Part shown: in pieces, positions 1 through 12,332 of the stretch
How positions within the stretch are numbered: position 1 is the first letter of the stretch
Layout of the letters: every line of letters begins with the position of its first letter
From: Octopus vulgaris
Taxonomy: Eukaryota
Length of the DNA: 64,000 bases
Assembly (NCBI GenBank): GCA_951406725.2
Contig: OX597815.1
Span: forward strand, 36,084,001-36,148,000
Direction: 5' to 3'
Position numbers and translations under genes: made by a program
Notes under the pieces: model-generated
Seen by the model: only the letters and a program-made list of their open reading frames with translations
The model's database searches: none
What the model was told of the DNA's origin: nothing

Positions 1-1650
1 GCCATCAATTTTTTTTCCTTCTTCACAAATAATCTTTTCCAAAAATCCTACTACTATTGAGAGTTATAATTGTCTTGGAAGCATCAGAAGATGTAATTTT
101 ACTATTTCGTATATGTTTATTTATAAGCATAAATGAAATAATTTGAGCAAGCCTGTTGTTAACTAATCACCTATAAAGTAGAAGTGGAAACTCTAGTCAT
201 TTAGGTAAGCTGAAGTAAGCTGACTTACATTGAAATGCAAGTCAGTGACTAAATTATTTTGACTGGGGGTACAACATACGGTCAATTGTTGAGCAATTTA
301 ACTGTATAGCCATTATACAATAATTGACAATTGATCCAAAGTAATCACCGAACTGTAATTAATAGTTGAACTAAAATAACTTGAGCTAAATCTTTTGACT
401 TTTCTTTATCTTCATCTTAAAAGATGTGGTTAGTTAGAAAAACACGTAGGTTCTAGATTGCTAAAATTTGAAAGAAAATGTGAAGCGAAAGGTTTTCAAT
501 CCCAACTTGCAGTAATGGTGGTGGGTGGGTGTACCAGAATATTGATACTAGAAAAGTTAAAAGTTAGAATGAGAACACATGGGGAAAATATTCCAAAGGA
601 GTTCCTTATAATAAAATATTGTAAACCAATATGGAATCCTCTACATTAGGCATGGGCAACCTTTTTCAAGAAGCAGGCTGCATGAGAAATGGCTTATCAC
701 CAGGCAAACCACACTACTAAATAAATCCATGGTAATTTTTCATTAGATCTGGCATTCAGAAAGTCCTGTTGGCTGCACTTTACTTATGACTACTCTACAT
801 AGCTAATTGACCCACTAGAAATAGTAGCTGAATCTCCATCAGATAACACTGCTCTTTTAAAAAAAAAAAAAAGGAAGGGCATATTGAATAATGTAGGGTG
901 AAATAAAAAAAATTTTTTTTTGAAGGATGGTCATGGCTAAAAGCCTTTGATCATACATCAGCTCAATCAGAGCTGATCAGGGGCTAAACAACAATAAAAA
1001 GATAGCATATAATGCCTGGTATGGTATCTTTCGAATACAAGACATCAAAAGTAAAGAATTTGGTATAGTATATACATTCTACTATATGTAAGGATACTGC
1101 TTACAGATTCTAGAAAAGATGAAAGAAAAATATGAAATATTTCAAATTCATCATCATTTGTCACTGGTTGTGGGCTGTATCATCTAGCACACAGAACAGA
1201 AAAAAAAACAGTCCAACTTTGTTGATGTATCTGTCTTACAGAATGAACAGTATTTCACTGTACCAGTAACACTAGTAAGGTTCTCCCATGCATGAGAACT
1301 TAAGAGGCTTATTCAAAGTTGTATGCCTTAGCAAGTAGTGATATGTGAACTCTGCACCATGCAGAGTCCACATTTCACTTACATGTTCCATTTTTGTCAA
1401 TAGTATGTTTAAGAATTACATGTTTTTCTTTTAATAGCAAACTGCCAGAATTCTTGAGAAATAATTTTCTCTAAAATGTTAAACATGAAAATTTTACAAA
1501 AATTTGTGATACAGTCTACCATTTCCTGGTGTCGATATAAAGCAAGTATTGAATGGTAATTTAAATAAATATTCATCAATTTAATGTTAATTCCAAGGAT
1601 AGATTATTATATACACACATTTACAAACACATATGTTCTTTTTAACTCAC

Positions 1651-1725
1651 CTCAAGATTTTTTGACACCACATTTTTGACAACAGCTGGGAACAAATCTG
1701 AAGCATCTTTTCCTTTGGCAACCAT
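1651..1725 (-). CDS. AP3B1: AP-3 complex subunit beta, coding exon 3 ([25 protein letters not shown]); gene continues beyond position 1
   Basis: tttcAG acceptor, GTGAGT donor, 75 nt, phase 0; LFPAVVKNV motif diagnostic of beta-3 adaptin. Confidence 0.95.
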
Positions 1726-2960
1726 CTGAAATAAAATGGATTTACCTCAATACAACAATCAACAGTGTAATATATATCCTGAGATATGGTATGAGCAGGT
1801 AAAGTAAGAGTGTGAGAATACTGATTTTATACTAAGTATTGACAATACAGCTGATCATCTGGGTCGACATAAAACTTCCATCAGTCATGACTAGGTTTTT
1901 GTTTTCTTTCTCCAACTAAGAGGCAAATTAACTTATTCCATTGTTTAACCTTTTAAGAGCAAAAAAAAAAAAAGAAAATAGCTACACTTTATTGGCTGTA
2001 ACTCACTTCTACAAAAATTAACCTTAAGCAGAGAAAATGAAACTAATATTAAAGCAACAACAATAGCACATGTAATGTAATGTAGAAATATTTTTCATAT
2101 CTACAGAATTACAACCAAAGATTGCTATTTATTCTTAGCACTATTGCAAAACTGACCACTGGGTCTTTGGATTCCAATGTACCACATCTCTAATATCTGA
2201 TATGCATTAATTCCACTTCAACCCTCAGTTCTAATTATAGATAAGTCTTGCAGGGTGGGAAAAAAACCTACTTTTTATGCCAGAAAATAAAGAAGTTATG
2301 CAAATGAGAGTTATTATCAAATGCCTAAACTGACCAAATCAAAGATTTCACAAATATAATTATTTCCAAACTTCTCTTAGCCTTTATTCTCTCACATTGC
2401 ATTACATTAAATAAATAAACTAGGTCAAACAATGCCAGTATGGGGAAGTAATTTTTCTTTTTAAAAAACAAATGAAGTAAAGATTAAATCAATGACACAG
2501 CTATAGATAAAATAAATAACTGCAACTCTTATCTATGAAGACTTCTCATTTTACAAGAAAGTACATAGATTTAATGATAAGAATAAACTAGTTATCCCAT
2601 AATATCCTCACTAACATGGTCTTGAGAGTTTGATATGACCTTCTCACTTTATGATTGAATTAATCTCAGGCAGATCATATGTAAGCATTATTCTGAAGCA
2701 GAATAAGTAAATTATGGAGGAAGCATAAAACACTGTGCAGTATTTAGTAGATTCTTTATATTCTGAATTCAAATCTTATTGGAGCCAACTTTGCCTTTTG
2801 CTCCTAATGATAAGATATGTACAATCACTAACATACAGTCAATTTAATCAACACTCTTGCAGAAATTTGTGGCTTTGTTCCTTTGTAAGAAATACTTATT
2901 CTGAAGTGGAATCCTGCATGTTTATTGATACTGATAGGTAACCAAGGTTTCTAAATATTA

Positions 2961-3336
2961 CTCTTTTACTTGTTTCAGTTACTTGACTGCAACCATGCTG
3001 GAGCACCACCTTTAGTTGAACAAATTAACCCCAGGACTTATTCTTTGTAAGCCCAGTACTTATTCAATCAGTCTCTTTTGCCAAACTGCTAAGTTACAGG
3101 GACATAAACATACCAACATCAGTTGTCAGGAGATGATGGAGAGGGGGACAAACACAGACACACAAACATATATATACACCACAGGCTTCTTACAGTTTCC
3201 GTCAACCAAATCCACTCACAAGGCTTTGGTCGGCCCGAGGATATAGTAGAAGATACTTGACCAAGGTGCCACATAGTGAAACTGAACCTGGAACTATGTG
3301 GTTGGGAAGTAAGCTACTTACCACACAGCCACTCCT
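2961..3336 (-). mobile_element. SINE family A, followed by a partial copy at 3371-3582
   Basis: Reverse complement aligns with 33262-33663. Confidence 0.88.
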
Positions 3337-4193
3337 AGTTGATTTTTAGTTTTATTTTCCTAAACTTTATCTTTTACTTGTTTCACTCATTAGACTGCAG
3401 CCAAGCTGGGGCACCGCCATGAAGGGTTTTAGTCAAACAAATCAACCCCAGGACTAACTTATAAAGCCTGGTACTTATTCTACTGGTCTCTTTTGCTGAA
3501 CCACTAAGTTACAGGAATATAAACACACCAACACTAGTTGTCAAGTGGTAATGGGGGGTAAACACAAACACACACACATATATATCTAATTAACACATTA
3601 AAGTAGTGAAAGATGTCAATAAATTTCTGTTACAATAGGGCAATAATAACAGATCCTACAAAAATGTGGCCACAACATGTAATATTGTAATAAGTAATCA
3701 AAATGTGAAATTTACTGAAAAAAAAAAAAAGAAAAGCAACAGAAAGTAAGAAATATATATACAGTTCTTTTTTTCCCTGCAACTCATATTTATCATGTAG
3801 AATGAGTTTTTGACTTTTGATTCTAAATTCAGTTAATTTATTGTCTTGAAAGTATTGTACTAAAATAAATATTTACTATTTGATGGTAACAGATTTTTCA
3901 AAAGCAATGGCTAGCTGAGATATGAAGGTTCTTTTCCAAAGGCAATAATAATATATTGTGTATATTCCTAGCAAGCATTTCAAACTAAATATAATGGTGA
4001 ACAAAGAGACAGAAAGCCAATTAATTTTGAATCACTGTTAAACACAAAATAGCTTGGTCACTTGAACACTTGTATTACTTAGCCAACCAATCCTAATCAG
4101 TTTTTTTTTTAAATGAATGATATAGAAAGAAAGATATGACAGGTAAAATTACAGTTCTGATAAGTTTAAAGGCAAAAAAATCTTTCATCATAC

Positions 4194-4269
4194 CCCTATA
4201 ATACGCTTCATTGCCTCCAACTTCAGGTTATCTTTGTTGCCATCCAGCATAGCTTTGAGATCTTCATGT
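4194..4269 (-). CDS. AP3B1: AP-3 complex subunit beta, coding exon 2 ([25 protein letters not shown])
   Basis: ttccAG acceptor, GTATGA donor, 76 nt; conserved [10 protein letters not shown] motif. Confidence 0.95.
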
Positions 4270-5215
4270 CTGGAATAAGAGAGTTGAAAGCAATATGTTT
4301 TCAAATCAGTGAATTAAGAATGCATTTCTTTCATAAATGAGTAGTTGTGTACATAAACACACATGCATGCTGTATATACACACACATACAAATATATAAG
4401 AGATAATCCTCAAAATGAAATAGGGATACTACAGATTAGAAAATTAGGCTCCATAAAGAAAATGACAAGGTAATAAAACAAGGTTGATCTGCACAAGTTG
4501 GTATATATTTATTATGAGTTAATGTTGCTTTGCCACAGGTCAGCCCTGACAAAGCAGACCTATGATCAAATGCATTCAAGAAGTGACCATTTGTTTTTCT
4601 TATATTTCTAAGACTACATTGTCTAATGTGGTTTTAGATGTAAGTTCTGTTGATAAGTGTGGCCTTTGTTCTGTAGGCATTTTTTTTTTAAGTAGTAACA
4701 TGAAAGTAATGTTGTATCAATGACACTGATGGTGTGGGTCAGAAACGTAGCTACCAAAAGACACTAAGGGTGTGATTTAAGGGTTGGCTAGCAGGTCGAT
4801 GCTCCTTTATTGGTTTATAACCATGAATTGCAAATTGTGGGTTAGAAATTACTTTATTCAGTTGATTGAACTGATCTAAGTATATACTGGTATTGGCTTT
4901 ATTAATTTTAGTTGAATAAGAGATAGGATAGTCAAACCTGGTTACATCTGAATTGTGTATTCTAAAACACAGAACTGCCACTAGAATATCTAGCTCTTCC
5001 ACTATTATTTGTGACAATTTCACCTCTTTGGAAGATTATATAAAGTCAAGAAATAATGATTCCCTTTGATTATAAACTTAACTCTCCTAGCTTCCTGCTA
5101 CTTCTACCCAGGTCCATCTATTTCATCACATACTTTTTTGCCATCTACATTTCACACTGATCATTATCCCAAAATCTTTGCTTCCTAAATGTCAATCCTC
5201 AGGACTTCCCTCCTT

Positions 5216-5513
5216 TTCCTTCTCGAGCCACGCCTGGCTCGTAAGGGCCGGTTTCCAGTTTCCTTGGCGTATAGGTTCCCCACCTGGATGGGACACTGGT
5301 CCGTCGCAGGTGAGCTGCAAGATGCAGGAGGAAAGAGTGAGAGAAAGTTGTGGCAAAAGAGTCAGCAGAAGTTTGCCATTACCTTCTGCCAGAGCTGCAT
5401 GGGGCTTACGTGTTTCGCTCATAAGCACACACATCGCCCGGTCTGAGATTCAAACCCATGATCCCTCGACTGCGAGTCCGCTGCGCTAACCACTAGGCCA
5501 CGTACCTCCACAT
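5216..5513 (-). mobile_element. tRNA-derived SINE, family C, in an AP3B intron
   Basis: Minus-strand head gtggcctagtggttagcgcagcgg...gggtttgaatctc (A/B boxes); TSD ttccctcctt at 5206-5215 and 5514-5523. Confidence 0.8.
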
Positions 5514-5884
5514 TTCCCTCCTTGCATATGCTTTATCTACAGACGTCACTTTACAGATGTTCAAACTGAGTACTGAACATATCAATCTCACCAGCTCCTG
5601 GGGAACTGCAATGGTCACAGACACTGCTCTTTTCAACTGATTTAACAATAACAAAAGAAAAAAAAAAAACGAACTGATTACAGAAAAAGAGACTGTAGGT
5701 TAAATTGATTACAAGACATTATTGTGTGCCTTTAGCAGACTTCACTCTGCTGCAATTACTCAGATCAGTTTCCTGGAAGGGTATTATTGTAACTTCATGA
5801 CACACCAAAACCATCTACAATTCTCAAGTAGCCTAAAACTAAGATTAACCCTCCTCATACATTTTTTTATATCAAAAATATCTG

Positions 5885-6185
5885 TCTTACTTCACTATTC
5901 TCTGTAGTGGTCATTCTTGGTGACATTAATACTCACAATTCCTTGTGGCTCTCACACTTTTCTCATACTGATGCTACCTGTGCAGAAACTGGATCTTTTA
6001 TAATCTTCAAATCTCTACATCAACTAGTTTCATCACCTACTTGCATCTATAGTCAACACACAGAAACTCCAAACAGCCTTGATCTCTTTCTCACCTCCAA
6101 ACCCAACCTCTACCAAACCATCACTATCTTTGCACTTATCAGGTCACCCAACTTATTATCAAGACTACTCAACACACATGTATAA
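5885..6185 (+). pseudogene. LINE APE endonuclease remnant (a more 5' piece may lie inverted at 4750-5030)
   Basis: VILGDINTHNSLWL, QLVSSPT and LDLFLTS motifs. Confidence 0.6.
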
Positions 6186-6606
6186 AGCACCTTGCTACAT
6201 CTCAGACACTATAATACTTCAAGTCAGTTGACTGTTTAGAACTTTGCTAGTTCTATGCTAACTACCCTGGCAGCACCTAAGACCCATCAGAAACAGCCAG
6301 CTAGAAGACTGAAACCATCCTTTTAGTCATGAATTATTCACAGTCCCAACTTCCTCATATTGTCCACTAATAACTGCATTGCAATACTTCAAGCAAAAAC
6401 ACAACCTAGAACACTTGGAAGAAAATCTACTGTCAACTGAAAGGCCTTTACTCAGCATTGCAACCTGTGCAAGCCCATCAACTGAACCATGAAGGATGCC
6501 ATTGCACATAGCACAGCTGACAACATATCCCTTCCCATAGTGCAGTGAACCCTTTTCATCCATCACAAATCTCTACCCACTTTGCAGAATCCTCATTTCC
6601 ACCATA

Positions 6607-7882
6607 TAAGAGTTGGCTGAAAAGTTCATGGGCTGACCAAGATACTCCCATGGAATGTGACCAAATGAGATGAATTTTTCAACATAATCCCCCTTGCAGA
6701 CCACACACTTCTTCCAATGGTGTTGCACTGCTTGGATTCCATTGGTGAAGAAGCTTTCATCCCGTTTGTTAAAAAAAGTTATCCAGAGCAGATATGATGT
6801 CATCATCACTGCAATACTGGTTCACAATCAGGTGTATTCTTTTTTTTGATATTGGGGAATAGATAATAATTAGATGGGACCAAATCAGAAGATTAGGAAG
6901 GGTGATCAACCAGTTCAAACCTACAGTCACACACTGCAGCCATTGAAGCTAAGGACTTGTGTGCTGGTACACTGTCCTGATGAAACAAGGCCCTTTTTGT
7001 CAGTTTTCCTAAGCATCTGGTCCTGATAGTCCTTCGTAACTACCTCAGCAAGTTGGTACAGTACTCTCAATTGATGGCGTGACCCTTTTGAAGATGGTCA
7101 ATAAACACTATTCTTTTTGCATCCCAAAAGCTAAGGTCATCACCTTCCCTGCAGATGAAACAACCTTGGCCTTCTTTGGAGTAGGTGTGGATTGTCTCTT
7201 TGTCTCTGACTCAAAGTAATGAAGCCAACACTCAACCTGAGTTAGGGAAAAGTTTAAGGAAACCAACTGAATATAGATGAAATAATGTCAGATTTTCCCA
7301 TGATGTGATAACCCTGGTGTGCTTTTGATCAGGTGTTAGAAGACATGGCACCCACCAAACACAAACCTTCATCATGCCAAGTTTGTCGTGCAGAATATTC
7401 TCAACTCTCCCACAGGACATGCTAATAGCATTGGCTATTTGATTTATAGTCAATCACCTGTCATCCATTACCATGTGATGAACACAATGTTTTCCTCGGT
7501 AGTGGTAGTTGCAGGAGTCCAGACCTTGTGTCATCTTCAAGACTCTCCTTTCATTTCCTAAATTCAGTTGTCCACTTTTGCACTGTTTATAAATCTGGTG
7601 CATCATCCCCTAATGTAGCAACCATGTTAGCATGAATGCCTTTGTGGGCTAAACCCTATTTCTGCAGGTACCTTGATAACATCACGATGCCAAATTTTGT
7701 CCATTTTCCAGAGAAGTTGCTACTAGTTACTTTAGAAGTTTTCTTTGAAGAGTCAAATGTCAGTTTATCTGGAGAGAAATAATGCAGTTTTTCATAAAAG
7801 TTAAAATTAATGCACACACGATTTCACAGCTCTAGCATCACTCCTTCATAATCGGCCTGTTAACTTTTCAGCCCAGCCTCAT
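6607..7882 (-). mobile_element. Mariner-family transposon, decayed
   Basis: Degenerate TIRs (ggctgaaaagttcatgggctgac / tcggcctgttaacttttcagcc); WVPCLLTPDQK fragment. Confidence 0.88.
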
Positions 7883-9560
7883 ATCTCAACCAAAACAATT
7901 TTGTAAGCAGCATCTCTACAGTGCAGTTTCAATCCCCAGGTCAATCTTCATTTCATTTACACACAATTTTCTTTCCCATTGCTGAAATTTAGATCTCCAC
8001 TACCTCATCAAAAGGAGTATATCACACAGTTTATTATTTCCTTTGTGGACACTGGATTATAAATATAAGAGAAACATTTGAACCTAAGTGCAAATTATGT
8101 CTGCAGGGTAAGAGTACATCTATTCAATAAATGATAAACAAACGTAAGTTGTAACGTTATTAGGATTCGCCAGTCCTAATAGAGAAAGTGATGAAAAGCA
8201 TACAAGCTGTGACCATCTTTTGTTTTCATATATATCTACAGCTACATTATCCAGTCTGTACTTATTGGGAAGGAGGTTAATAGTTTCTTACATAAAAAAA
8301 AAGGGGCCAAGATTTTGTGTGACAGTCAAGGTTACCCCAATATTAACTATGTAAGAGATATCAACCAGAAATCAAAATCTGGCAACAAACTTGGACTGTC
8401 AGCAAATTACCACTACTCCACTGGTGCTAGGTATTAGTTTTTATACAAGAACACGGTGTCAGATTCATCGCTTGAAGGAAATGGGAGCAATCTTTGAAGG
8501 GCGTTAGGAGGCATAACTAGTTTCAACCCAGAATCGAAACTGAATCGGTTCGGGGGGGGGGGGGTACAGATTACAAACAAATGGAAGGGATAGTTAAAAC
8601 GTGAAATAGAAAGAAGGCGGAGTAAAAGAGTTGAGGAGGAAGAGATATGGGACGATGTAAGAGCTACTTAGACAGGATTCAGTCATAGCTGTTTATGTGA
8701 TGTATATGTTGAGAATTAGATCTGTATGTGTACAACAACATATGCACACATAAATCGCATTATTGTTGTTGTAGTTTACGCATCAATTAAATATTTCATT
8801 TCTTTTATAATAACTCAAGCAGATGTAGGAATAGAGGCAGTGTTAGGTGATCGCAAAGTATTGCCAGGAAATTAATAACATATATACAGTTAATACACTG
8901 ATAACAGCTGATACCCATTTAATTCGACCCTAGTCGAGAAAAAGCATTGCCAATCAAATCGATTTCTATTGATTGAACGAATACTGTTGGTTATAATGCC
9001 ACAATATGTTTCCCCACTTTAAGAAATAAACCGGATTAATATTAATTCAACAAAGTTTTTTTTTCTCTTTTTTTTTATAGTCATTCCAAAGAACCAATTT
9101 CAATACATATGGCTATTAGGAAAACTAGTGGAATGCAAAGCCTTTAAGCTGAGGACAATTTGGTTTCGATTCCCAACTGTAGCCATTTCACTTCCATCCT
9201 TAATGACTTTGAAAAAGGTATAGGCGTCACATTCCCATTTCTTTCCAATCTGATATCATGTTCCTGTATAGGAAATCAATGAAGTCACAATTCATGATAT
9301 TTAGTGACATCAATAGTTTAGATTTGGAGAGAGACATACGGTTACAGCTTGGAACATTTAAACATTATTTTTCTTTTTTTTTTCTTCGGTTCATTTGAAA
9401 CTGGAGATGTCAGTTTTATAGGTTTGGTTGCTAAAATCAATTTTATGACACAAAAATACTGTGGAATTATGTTTTGTGAACTCAAAGAAGAAAAAGGTTC
9501 TCTCTAAAAAATGTTTTTAAATTATGAGGGGGAAAATATGGATATGCACACGGAAAAATG

Positions 9561-9650
9561 TTGACAGTGACTTCGAAGGCTTTAGCTCAGTTACCTTCGT
9601 TAGACTGACGAAAAGTCGAAACTTGAAAGTCACTGAGAACCTTTTCCCTG
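9561..9650. ncRNA. Two back-to-back degenerate hammerhead motifs of the same Penelope-type family
   Basis: Plus: CTGACGA-aaagtc-GAAA-cttgaaa-GTC-actg (9605-9635). Minus: cagt-CTAACGA-aggtaactgagct-aaagc-cttcgaa-GTC-actgtcaac. Confidence 0.55.
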
Positions 9651-10148
9651 TGAAAATAAATCTGTAATCCTTTAATTAATGTTTTAATTTTTTTATATAT
9701 AACTATACATAAAAAAGAAACACCCATCCTATATATATATATATAATATTAAATTAATATTTATTATTATATATATACACACACAAACACTAAGTAATAT
9801 TGAAATTCATTGTTTACAGTTTAGCAGACTTCTAAAGCCATCAGGTGGCAAAAAGGATACAGAACAGGCTTTAGGGGGACAATAACTTCATAACTTCCAT
9901 ATCTACTTCGGGTAGCACTACATCGAAAGCTAACCCAAACATCGTTCATGCGATTCCCGTAACAAAATTTATTTCCTTGGTCCAACTGATTTAATTAAGC
10001 TTACAGCCATAAGAACAAGAAACATCAGTTCTGGCCGACCCTCCCATTTTTTCCCTTGTCACCACGACAAAACATGGCACCTTATAATCAAGTAAAATGT
10101 AAAACAATCATATCAAATTATAGCATATAATACTTTAAAAAAACTTAC

Positions 10149-10273
10149 TTTTTAAAATCGTTCGTAAAGAATCCACTACTGGCAGGATCATTAGCTATGT
10201 CAGCTTCGCCACTGCCGGTCGAGGATGGAGGTTTATCATTTCCATATGACATGTGTAGTCCGTTGCCAGCCAT
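10149..10273 (-). CDS. AP3B1: AP-3 complex subunit beta, coding exon 1 (MAGNGLHMSYGNDKPPSSTGSGEADIANDPASSGFFTNDFK...)
   Basis: ATG at 10273-10271, 125 nt, GTAAGT donor, phase 2. Joins exon 2 in frame to give [17 protein letters not shown], matching the beta-3 adaptin N-terminus. AP3B1 vs AP3B2 cannot be resolved. Confidence 0.9.
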
Positions 10274-10467
10274 ATTCTGTCTCCTTTTAAGAAAATACTT
10301 TCACCCCGTGTAAAGAGAATACGTTCACTTGTGCAGCTTTCTTCGATAGATGAAGTCTCACCTCATTTCTCAAACGTATCTTCTAATGCTTCTCTTTTAC
10401 GCTCAAATATCCAAGCTGCTACTTCTATTTTGCTTCGAGCGACTCTCCTATTATTTTCCTAACCGAG

Positions 10468-10489
10468 AAGATGGCAGATACCGGAAGTT
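10468..10489. promoter_or_regulatory. AP3B promoter region: YY1-like AAGATGGC plus ETS site ACCGGAAGT
   Basis: aagatggcagataccggaagtt lies about 200 nt upstream of the ATG in a locally CpG-richer segment. Motif match only. Confidence 0.45.
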
Positions 10490-10949
10490 ATCGGCCACAT
10501 TTCTTGTTTTCTCTTCAACACTTTCCGACATCTGTTCAGTGTTCAGCAAGTCTTATCATTATACAACGTTTGTTTGTTGCTTCTCCTTCTCATCTCAGAA
10601 CTAGAAGGAAGAAATTTAAAATACAATGTAATTAGCCAAACATTAACTCAGTCGCTTTCAGACAAACAGCGATTTTTCGAAGTGGTTGTGACGTATTGAA
10701 GTGACAGTGGTAGAGAGGATATTGGCACGACATGCCAACGTATATGAGATATAATGAGAAAAACGTTATCCCACCGTCATCGTGTTGTTAAACTACAGTC
10801 AATGCAAAGAGTAAGAAGGGAGAGATGCAAGGAATTGACAGTCCAAAATTAAAAAGCTAAAGACAGTTTATCATAGATGATAGTTATTTATTATTCGCTG
10901 ACGAATTTATAATTTTCTGTCGAGAGTATATAGAGACCTATCTCCCTCC

Positions 10950-10971
10950 GTATAAATATGCATACACACAT

Positions 10972-11028
<57 letters not shown>

Positions 11029-11029
11029 C

Positions 11030-11076
<47 letters not shown>

Positions 11077-11426
11077 CATACACACACATACATATATGAA
11101 TATATATATATATGTGTGTGTGTGTATCTATGTAGTATATGAGTATATATATGTGTGTGTGTGTGTATTTATATATATATATGTATGTATATTTGTATAT
11201 ATATATATGTATGTATATATTTATATATATATGAATATTTATATATATGTATATATATGCATATTTATATATATGTATATATATATATATAAAACTATAC
11301 ATACATATATATACTCATACATAGATACACACACATACATATATGAATATATATGTATGTGTGTGTTATGTAGTTTATATATATTTATTTTATATATATA
11401 TGTATGTATATTTATATATATATTGT

Positions 11427-11462
<36 letters not shown>

Positions 11463-11544
11463 TATGTAGTATATGAGTATATATATATATATAGTATATT
11501 TATATATATATATATGTATGTATATTTATATATATATATGTGTA

Positions 11545-11582
<38 letters not shown>

Positions 11583-11772
11583 TATTTATCATCATCATCA
11601 TCATCATCATTTAACGTCCGCTTTCCATGCTAGCATGGGTTGGACGGTTCAACTGGGGTCTGAGGAGCCCGGTTGAACCGTATATATATATATATAACCA
11701 TATGTATATATATATAAATATACATATATATATATAAATATATATACTCATATACATACACACATACATATA
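10950..11772. repeat. Compound (TA)n/(TG)n/(CA)n microsatellite array with an RTE tail fragment at 11588-11680
   Basis: Direct inspection. Confidence 0.95.
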
Positions 11773-11777
11773 TGGGT

Positions 11778-12114
11778 AAAGACCCCCCTCGGTCATGAAT
11801 GACCATGGGATTGCACCTAGAAAGTTACCCTCCTAGACACAAGTCCGGGCAAGGTTGTTTATGGAAGACCAGCAGTCGCCCATGCATACCGGCCTCCCCT
11901 CTCCACGCCACCAGTGTTATCCAAGGGAAAGACAAAGGTCGACACAGCTTGGCGCCAGTGACGTCGCAACTCATTTCTACAGCTGAGTGAACTGGAGCAA
12001 CGTGAAATAAAGTGCCTTGCTCAAGAACACAACACCCAGCCCGTTCCGGGATTCGAGCTCACAACCTCACGATCGTAAGCTCGACGCTCTAACCACTGAG
12101 CCATGCGCCTTCAC
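11778..12114 (-). mobile_element. tRNA-derived SINE, family D
   Basis: Minus-strand head tggctcagtggttagagcgtcgagcttacgatcgtgaggttgtgagctcgaatcc; body ttcttgagcaaggcacttt. Confidence 0.8.
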
Positions 12115-12332
12115 TTTTGATATATATATATATAAAGTTAATCCAAACATGAAAACACCAAGAGAAAACACAACAACGAGAGGACGTGGAACAAATATAG
12201 TATTATTGGATGTTCAGGAAGGAAGGGAAGAAATATATATATATATAACCATCTAAGAATCCTTAAGCCAAGAAAAGTATGCTAGGAAAAACATATATAT
12301 GTATTTGTACTTATATTCATATATACTTATAT

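Noticed and set aside
10471-10635. Divergent plus-strand ORF starting ATGGCAGATACC at the AP3B promoter
   Set aside because: About 54 codons, no splice donor or known motif; better explained as YY1/ETS promoter sequence.
10907-11796. Several 60-170 aa ORFs rich in Y/I/H/C/V
   Set aside because: Translations of (TA)n/(TG)n/(CA)n microsatellite; the same applies to 44527-45068 and 55343-55705.
12040-12114. tRNA gene on the minus strand (also 5440-5510 and the family A/B heads)
   Set aside because: These are SINE heads continuous with SINE bodies, without a proper acceptor stem.
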